Assembly (NCBI GenBank): GCA_026390695.1
Contig: JAPLFL010000101.1
Coordinates: 3,674 to 67,673, forward strand
Direction: 5' to 3'
DNA from: Candidatus Kapaibacterium sp.
GTDB taxonomy: Bacteria; Bacteroidota; Ignavibacteria; Kapaibacteriales; UBA2268
Length of the DNA stretch: 64,000 nt
In this document: positions 59,301 through 64,000 of the stretch, piece after piece
How the letters are laid out: every line of letters begins with the position of its first letter
Numbering within the stretch: the first letter of the stretch is position 1
Made by a program: the position numbers and the translations under genes
Notes under the pieces: generated by a model
Database searches by the model: none
What the model saw: the letters and a program-made list of their open reading frames with translations, nothing else
What the model was told of the DNA's origin: nothing

Positions 59301-59663
59301 GAAGAATCAATTATTATTAGTGATAAAACAAAGCTTGGAAGAATTCTTCAAAATCTTGTCGGAAATGCAATGAAGTTTACTGCCAAAGGTTCAATAGACT
59401 TCGGATACCAAATTATTGATGATTTTATTGAGTTTTATGTTAAAGATACCGGAGCCGGGATTGAGAAAGAACTTCAATCAAAAATCTTCGAGCGTTTTTA
59501 TCAGATTGACCCAAATATTCCCAAAAAAGACTCAAGTACTGGGCTTGGATTGTCTATTGTTAGCGGATTTGTACAATTAATGGGTGGAAAAGTTTGGCTC
59601 GAATCCGAACTTGGAAAAGGCTCGAATTTCTATTTTACTATTCCTTTTAATCTCAGTTGTTAA
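56355..59663 (+). CDS. Membrane sensor histidine kinase with a MASE1-like polytopic N-terminal domain, PAS-GAF-PAS, HisKA and HATPase_c.
   Basis: About 8 N-terminal TM helices; H-box SHDIRTPINGILGFAQLL; DTGAGIE ... GLGLSIVSG. The start was chosen at the MRSKS Met, with GGAGG 5 nt upstream; the ORF-track start at 56259 is probably an extension. Confidence 0.85.
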   Translation: MRSKSIEKSEYNFFNYNSKQLLIIAVIAIIYFLTTFVTFVFSSSQNLISPIWPAAGIGLAALLLNHRKLWPALIIAIFISGNIANIISGKPLVASFGFMTANILESLLSAILLTKLGNKTVKFETLKEILSFFTIPTLVNALTALIGATTAYFATNGTFLDIWFTWWVADGLGLLIITPLIISWSDFSKLKSISSKQIKEILIFLFIWCLATYIFFHVNLPRHFKPQPFFLVALLGWPSLRMGLRVITLSILILAFSGLSSDMVINGPLLWGGNDLQTRILLFQMFLAIVTSSVMLLTVSHLELKSSKEKSDEKSLQISALSNNLPNGMVFQFLKDFDSKMRFIYVSEAARQLTGFEPDQILENSQLMFDQVHPDDLEIIYKAQRESAKNLTIFNVIVRFYHLSGELRWMQISSKPRKLDDGRIIWDGIQFDISDRIKIERELAESQSLYSNLVETADDVILLTDMNGRHIFRNKAYYTSLGYNVGEELEPDGYSLVHPDDLSMMQDAVKELIINGNCTTEYRVKHRDGYWINRLSKSKIIYDEFEQAQTILAIIRDNTELKRKENITHARLKLLELANNCSLDELLTATLDEIERLTESSIAFYHFVDKDKKNLSLQAWSTNTLATLCTSELNGGHLPIDLAGVWVDCVNQRQPVIHNDYSSLPYKKEFPVGHACVTREILIPIFRGESIVAILGIGNKQVNYTQSDLDIAQQIGDLSWDIVSRKRTEDELVQRETSLKFSQKVAHVGNWTWNMISNRLTWSDELFNIFDIDKGSFDGDLDKVISSSIHPDDREKVIESNALAFSETSPKPLEYRIITKDDKVKKVIAIPGSRKVDSQGKAIELYGIVQDISEQKKTELELSQAKDKAEKADQQKTIFLQNLSHDIRTPINGILGFAQLLKEEKLNDEERFEYADIIIGSGNRLLNFINNILDISKIESNKMEILNEEFNLNQILIDLQRFNNIFAKENGISLNLSCQLPNEESIIISDKTKLGRILQNLVGNAMKFTAKGSIDFGYQIIDDFIEFYVKDTGAGIEKELQSKIFERFYQIDPNIPKKDSSTGLGLSIVSGFVQLMGGKVWLESELGKGSNFYFTIPFNLSC

Positions 59664-59722
59664 TTAATATTAGCGATGTTGCGTATGATATTTATGTTCG
59701 GTAAATATTTGAAAATAAAATA

Positions 59723-60538
59723 ATGTTTGATAAAATAATAAATCAGATTAAAGAGATTGCCGAGCTATCATGGCAAAAAGGCTGGGCAGAAAGAAATGCC
59801 GGAAACTTCTCAATAAGAATAACTTCTCTGTATTCATCCGATAATTTCTATTCCTCAAACGAATTACATAAAATAAAATTAAATAATTTTGATTCAAGTG
59901 GTATTGAAGGAGAAATTTTTCTCGTTTCTTGTGCAGGATCAAGAATGAGGGATATTTCCAAATCACCTCAAGATCATTTTTGTTATGTATTTATTAAAAA
60001 TGGGAATGTTTATTATACTTCAATTAGTAATTCTGACAAAAATAAACCGAGTTCGGAGCTGATTTCCCATCTCGAAACACAGAAAGCCTTGATTAATTCC
60101 GATTCAATCAATCATGCAGTTCTGCATCTACATGCAACGGAATTAATTACCTTAACTCATTTTCCCGATTTATGCTCTGCTGAGAATTTAAATAAAATAA
60201 TTTTATCAATGCACACTGAATCTCTGTACTTTTTACCAAAAGGAATCGGCTTTATTCCCTTCGAAATTCCCGGAACAAACGAAATTGCACGATTAACTGC
60301 CGAATTAATTACCAAAAATGATTTAATTCTTTGGGAAAAGCATGGCTGCATTGTAAGTGCAACGGATATACGCGAAGCCTTTGATATGATTGATATTGCT
60401 TCTAAATCCGCAGCTATTTATTTAGAACTTAAAAAATGCCGGATTCTCCCCCTCGGATTATGCAATGATCAAATTGAAAGATTGAAGTTGCATTATGGAA
60501 TTATCAAAGCTGATAATACTATTATTTTTCAGGATTAG
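59723..60538 (+). CDS. rhaD: Rhamnulose-1-phosphate aldolase (class II aldolase/adducin family).
   Basis: WQKGWAERNAGNFSIR, HLHATELITLTH and the C-terminal block align with E. coli RhaD (WLKGWDERNGGNLTLR, HCHATNLIALTY). Confidence 0.75.
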   Translation: MFDKIINQIKEIAELSWQKGWAERNAGNFSIRITSLYSSDNFYSSNELHKIKLNNFDSSGIEGEIFLVSCAGSRMRDISKSPQDHFCYVFIKNGNVYYTSISNSDKNKPSSELISHLETQKALINSDSINHAVLHLHATELITLTHFPDLCSAENLNKIILSMHTESLYFLPKGIGFIPFEIPGTNEIARLTAELITKNDLILWEKHGCIVSATDIREAFDMIDIASKSAAIYLELKKCRILPLGLCNDQIERLKLHYGIIKADNTIIFQD

Positions 60539-60603
60539 ACATTTGATATATAATTTACTATTAAATAAAAAAAAAGTATTCATTTTATAAATAATAAATT
60601 CCC

Positions 60604-61056
60604 ATGAACAGCAAACAAATTATTGACAATTTCACAGCAAGTGAAAAATTTGCTCTTGTCGGAGCAAGCACTAATCCGGCTAAGTTCGGAAATGCAATTC
60701 TGAAACTTCTCCAAAGCAAAGGCAAAACCATTTATCCTATTCATACCTTCGCTCCCGAAATCGAAAGTACTAAAACATTCCGAAGTTTTTTGGAATTTCC
60801 CGACAAAGTTGAGAACTTAATCCTTTGTATTAAAAAGGAAAAGGTCGTTCCGATTCTCCAACAGGCAAAAGAAGCAGGAATTGTGCGTGTTTGGTTACAG
60901 CAGGGAACCGGATCGACGGAAGCGTTAAAATTTTGCATGGAAAATGCAATTCAAGCCGTTAATAATGAATGTATCTTTATGTTTTTAGAAGGATCTATGC
61001 ACATCCATAAAGTTCATAAATGGATTAATAAGCTGATCGGCAAGTATCCGAAATGA
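60604..61056 (+). CDS. CoA-binding domain protein (YccU-like).
   Basis: FALVGASTNPAKFGN ... Rossmann-like CoA_binding_2 pattern. Confidence 0.6.
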   Translation: MNSKQIIDNFTASEKFALVGASTNPAKFGNAILKLLQSKGKTIYPIHTFAPEIESTKTFRSFLEFPDKVENLILCIKKEKVVPILQQAKEAGIVRVWLQQGTGSTEALKFCMENAIQAVNNECIFMFLEGSMHIHKVHKWINKLIGKYPK

Positions 61057-61145
61057 CTCCATTAGTGTAGAATGTAAAATTGAGGAATTTTGGTGCCAAT
61101 CCTATGGAACATTCGACTGGGGAAGAGCTGATTCATATCTCATCA

Positions 61146-62111
61146 TTATATAGATTTAACCACTTCAGTCCACGCTTCCTCCGAATAATCACTCACTAAA
61201 CTGCTATTTTTCGCTTTTAACTTGTAATAATTACGCTTATCAACTACAAACGCTACTCCTTGAGGTGGATTCACATATTCTGCCAACAACGAAAAAGTCC
61301 CCGACGGCAATCCAAAATCAACTGAACAAGTATAAACATCATAAGTTGCTGCTCCTGCAACAACTTCCCAGTTCAAAGTTACAGCTAAATCGCCCAGAGT
61401 CCAGTTTGCCCTCACGTTCTGCGGCTTGGAAAGCCTCGAATTCACAGTCGGATATCTCAAATAATCTGCGAACTTCGCAGGATCACTGTTTTCCCAAATC
61501 ATCTTCCCAATATTACAGTACTTCGTCACTAAAGCATATAATTCATTGCCTTTTATGATACGCTCCTCTGATTTGATCCCACGCACAACAATAGCATCAC
61601 TCTGCGCATTCATCGTGGACTCAAATTCACTTGCCAATGTCTCCAACGCCGTCAACATCGGAGCAGTCAAACCCTCACTTGCCAAATCTGTAAGATACTG
61701 CGTCGCAATATAATGTACATTTCTCGCATTCACAAGCAAGTCGCGGTCATTAAACCGATTCATTCCCACTACTCCGAGCTGTTTGCAACGTGCAGAATTT
61801 ACTCCCCACTTATTCTCAGCCCGCAAGCTAATTGCCCGAAGCGCTAATCGAAGTTCATCAGCCTTCACTTTTTTATCCTCGGTTGCAATGGCTGTATTCC
61901 CCAAGTACCAATTATCAGTCGGTAATCTTGCGAAAGCATTCCCGATGTCCTCGAAATCAGAAATTGCACCGGCATTAACGCCAAAAGCTTCAAATTCAGT
62001 TAGATCACGAGTTAAAAATGAGATCAAATTAGATGCAAACATGCATAAATCTGCATCAGACATTATATAATTTCTTGTTAAACTTAATAAAACCATAAAA
62101 TCTTTCAGCAT
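61146..62111 (-). CDS. Hypothetical protein with a C-terminal FN3-like domain, paralog of 25856-26782.
   Basis: Shared blocks throughout (TRDLTEFEAFGV..., KGNELYALVTKYCNIGKMIWEN); the true start is probably the internal MSDADL at 62063. Confidence 0.6.
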   Translation of the reverse strand: MLKDFMVLLSLTRNYIMSDADLCMFASNLISFLTRDLTEFEAFGVNAGAISDFEDIGNAFARLPTDNWYLGNTAIATEDKKVKADELRLALRAISLRAENKWGVNSARCKQLGVVGMNRFNDRDLLVNARNVHYIATQYLTDLASEGLTAPMLTALETLASEFESTMNAQSDAIVVRGIKSEERIIKGNELYALVTKYCNIGKMIWENSDPAKFADYLRYPTVNSRLSKPQNVRANWTLGDLAVTLNWEVVAGAATYDVYTCSVDFGLPSGTFSLLAEYVNPPQGVAFVVDKRNYYKLKAKNSSLVSDYSEEAWTEVVKSI

Positions 62112-62321
62112 TAAATAAACAAAACTAATTAAAATTTATGATAAATCTATCATTAGCTATTATTATATTCATATTAATAAAAATTAAATATATTATATAA
62201 TTTATTAATCAATCAAATAATGAACATAAAGAAAATATGTTACAATTTAAACTAACAATAATCAAATTTAATTAGTCAAAACATCTTTTTAAGAATAAAA
62301 AGCATTAATATTGGATTTATA

Positions 62322-62470
62322 AGCATTAATGTCAGATTAAAAACTATTGATGTTGGTTTTATAAGCATTAATGTCAGATTAAAAACCATTGATATTGGAT
62401 TTATAAACATTAATGTCAGTTTTAAAAGTACTAATATTAATTTAAAAAACACTGATGTTAATATAAAAAT
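62322..62470. repeat. Tandem direct repeat, about 3.5 x 42 bp (equivalent to 7 x 21 bp half-units), upstream of the 61146-62111 gene.
   Basis: ATAAGCATTAATGTCAGATTAAAAACTATTGATGTTGGTTTT units were read directly. Confidence 0.85.
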
Positions 62471-62526
62471 ATATTTCTATATCGACAGTTCTTTTATCAG
62501 TTATATCATTTCTTATTTCAGAAAAA

Positions 62527-62810
62527 TAAAATCAAGCTCAGACGAGGACGTCTAATATCATTTCCTATTTGAAAAAGGATAAATATTCCCTTCGACTACG
62601 CTCAGGGAGCTGAATTGCTCGTTGAGCGGAGTCGAAACGAGCTAATAATTGTTCTTATTTCAAATAGGAAATGATATAAGCTACTATAAATCAAAGTTGA
62701 CAAACGTCCTCGTCTGTTTTATCTACTATAAATCAAAGTAGAACAGAGGTCCTCGTCTGTTTTATCGATTAATTTCAAATAGGAAATGATATTAGATCAG
62801 TTATAAAGGA
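62527..62810. mobile_element. Composite MITE-like element. Its terminal inverted repeats ATATCATTTCCTATTTGAAA / TTTCAAATAGGAAATGATAT occur three times, it carries nested GACGAGGAC inverted repeats, and its cargo is the 50-nt hairpin at 62581-62634.
   Basis: Inverted repeats were read directly. The TIR core (ATATCRTTTCCTA ... TAGGAAATGATAT) also frames the elements at 3663-3920 and 20921-21255. No transposase gene is in the window. Confidence 0.55.
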
Positions 62811-62840
62811 AATTTAATTTTAAGAAGAAAAGACATCTTC

Positions 62841-64000
62841 TTATAAATTCGCTATGGCTTCAAAAAACTTACGGCTTTGTTTTTCATACTCAAAGTGCTC
62901 GATTGCAAATTTCTGTCCGGCTTTTGCAAGTCTTTCGCGGGTTGGAATGTCCGAATAGATTAGTTTAATTTGTTCGGATAATTTTTCAAAATCAGTTTGT
63001 TCGAATAATAATCCGGTTTCATTGTGCTTAATAATTTCGGGAACGCCTCCCGAATTTGTTCCGATAACGGGGCAAGCCGCCATCATAGCTTCAATCAGCA
63101 CCAAACCAAGAGTTTCGGAGCGAGAAGGAAGGATAAATAAATCGAAACTGCTCATTAGCGCGGGTATTTCATCGTTAAAAGGCAGAATGAGAACTTTATT
63201 GGACAAGCCTTCTTTTTCAATGAGATCGGTGACTTGCTCAGTGTAGCCGCTCTGACCGATAGATTCTTCGCCAACAAGCACAAGCAATGAATCGGGAATA
63301 TCAGCTTTGGCAAAGGCTTTCACAGCCGTTAATTGATCCTTATGCTGATCGAATCTGGCAATGTAACCGATGATAAATATATGTAATGTGAAAATCTGTT
63401 TTGACACAGAACTATCAGAAGTTTGATAATTGCCATTCCTGCAAATGCAGAAATCCCCTTCGCCATTATTAACTTTGGGGATTTCTGCATTCGCGTCAAT
63501 GCCAGCTTTAAGAATCTCGTTAAAAACAATCCTGTCTTCAACTTTATTTCTGTTCAAGAAGTGCTCGGATTCGATGCCGCATGGAATAACTGAGATTTTA
63601 TCGCTTGGGAAAATCGTTGATTGGGGCAATTGCAGCTTCATTTGCTCGGTGATAACAATTGCGTAATCGAGATTGCGGTAAATCCAATTATGGAAGAAGT
63701 CAATTTTCCTCAAACCGGATTGCATTTGCTGGTAGAGGACGATTTTGGTTTTTTTGGAGAATAAATTTCTTGCAAGAACGGCTATAGAGAGGTCTTTGGT
63801 GGTTGGAACAATACAGATGTCGGTTTTATACTTCTTGAATAAACCTCCAAGTTTAATGGCAGCAGAGATGTCGATGTATTTGAATTGAACATTTAAAAAT
63901 TCGCAATTGAGATTTAACTTTCCGGCATATTTATGAAGCCGGCTGTTTTGTTTACAAACCAAAACTGCACTATTGCCATAGCGAACGGCATCGGAGGCAC
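62841..64000 (-). CDS. Family-4 (GT-B) glycosyltransferase. The 5' end lies beyond the window (the frame is open to 64000). It carries an in-frame palindromic-element insertion between its two domains.
   Basis: C-terminal GT4 motif EGFGLV-like (ETLGLVLIEAMMAACPVIGTNSGGVPEII...GLLFE); the reading frame continues without a stop to the window edge, and the ORF-track 'M' at 63962 is a TTG. Confidence 0.75.
   Translation of the reverse strand, partial: ASDAVRYGNSAVLVCKQNSRLHKYAGKLNLNCEFLNVQFKYIDISAAIKLGGLFKKYKTDICIVPTTKDLSIAVLARNLFSKKTKIVLYQQMQSGLRKIDFFHNWIYRNLDYAIVITEQMKLQLPQSTIFPSDKISVIPCGIESEHFLNRNKVEDRIVFNEILKAGIDANAEIPKVNNGEGDFCICRNGNYQTSDSSVSKQIFTLHIFIIGYIARFDQHKDQLTAVKAFAKADIPDSLLVLVGEESIGQSGYTEQVTDLIEKEGLSNKVLILPFNDEIPALMSSFDLFILPSRSETLGLVLIEAMMAACPVIGTNSGGVPEIIKHNETGLLFEQTDFEKLSEQIKLIYSDIPTRERLAKAGQKFAIEHFEYEKQSRKFFEAIANL
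63424..63494. repeat. Degenerate copy of the GTCATTCC palindromic element lying in-frame inside the GT4 coding sequence.
   Basis: CCATTCCTGCAAATGCAGAAATCCCC ... GGGGATTTCTGCATTCGCG read directly; translated in-frame as ...GEGDFCICRNGNYQ... with no stop. Confidence 0.7.

Noticed and set aside
1-64000. A prophage, integron or conjugative element; tRNA or rRNA genes.
   Set aside because: No integrase, recombinase, terminase, capsid or relaxase-like ORFs were found, and no tRNA-like T-arm (GGTTCGAATCC-type) or rRNA signature was seen. Mobile DNA here is limited to non-autonomous MITE-like repeats.

Overview
This is an AT-rich bacterial chromosomal segment, roughly mid-30s % GC by eye. No rRNA, tRNA, CRISPR array, integrase or transposase gene was found. 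The content points to an FCB-group organism (Bacteroidota/Ignavibacteriota-like): five proteins end in T9SS (Por) C-terminal sorting domains, there is a Bacteroidetes-style TAnnTTTG promoter motif, and the hybrid histidine kinases are of the SHEIRTPLNGI type.

About 42 protein genes are supported.

- Housekeeping genes: gyrA (3' end), rsmI, ppk1, ftsL-like/ftsI, hemW, purM, serS, rhaD and an Fe-alcohol dehydrogenase.
- Signalling: a dense island of five PAS/GAF histidine kinases, one paired with an NMT1/SsuA-like binding protein.
- Surface proteome: a T9SS-exported cargo set of a BNR propeller protein, a vWA protein, a LamG/Ig protein, a possible C25-like peptidase and a triple PSCyt1 c-type-cytochrome-like protein.

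Five things merit follow-up.

1. A ydaO-type (c-di-AMP) riboswitch-like leader with terminator sits directly upstream of a KimA-like APC K+ transporter.
2. A soluble PRC-barrel/MgtE_N/CBS protein lies next to an Nramp-related transporter whose metal-site residues are non-canonical and NRMT-like. Both are flanked by arrays of strong CCCCC-loop-GGGGG hairpin repeats and preceded by an RBS-sequestering switch.
3. A three-member family of FN3-tailed hypothetical proteins, plus one GAF-PAS kinase, each sit directly downstream of an array of seven 21-bp tandem direct repeats. Several other arrays share the 21/42-bp period.
4. A high-copy MITE-like palindromic element family has a GTCATTCCTGCGAATGCAGGAATCCCC core. 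It has at least 7 loci, composite TIRs (ATATCRTTTCCTA...) and one in-frame copy inside a GT4 glycosyltransferase gene.
5. A signal-peptide-bearing Memo-AMMECR1 fusion.

All calls are from reading the sequence and the ORF track; no searches were run.
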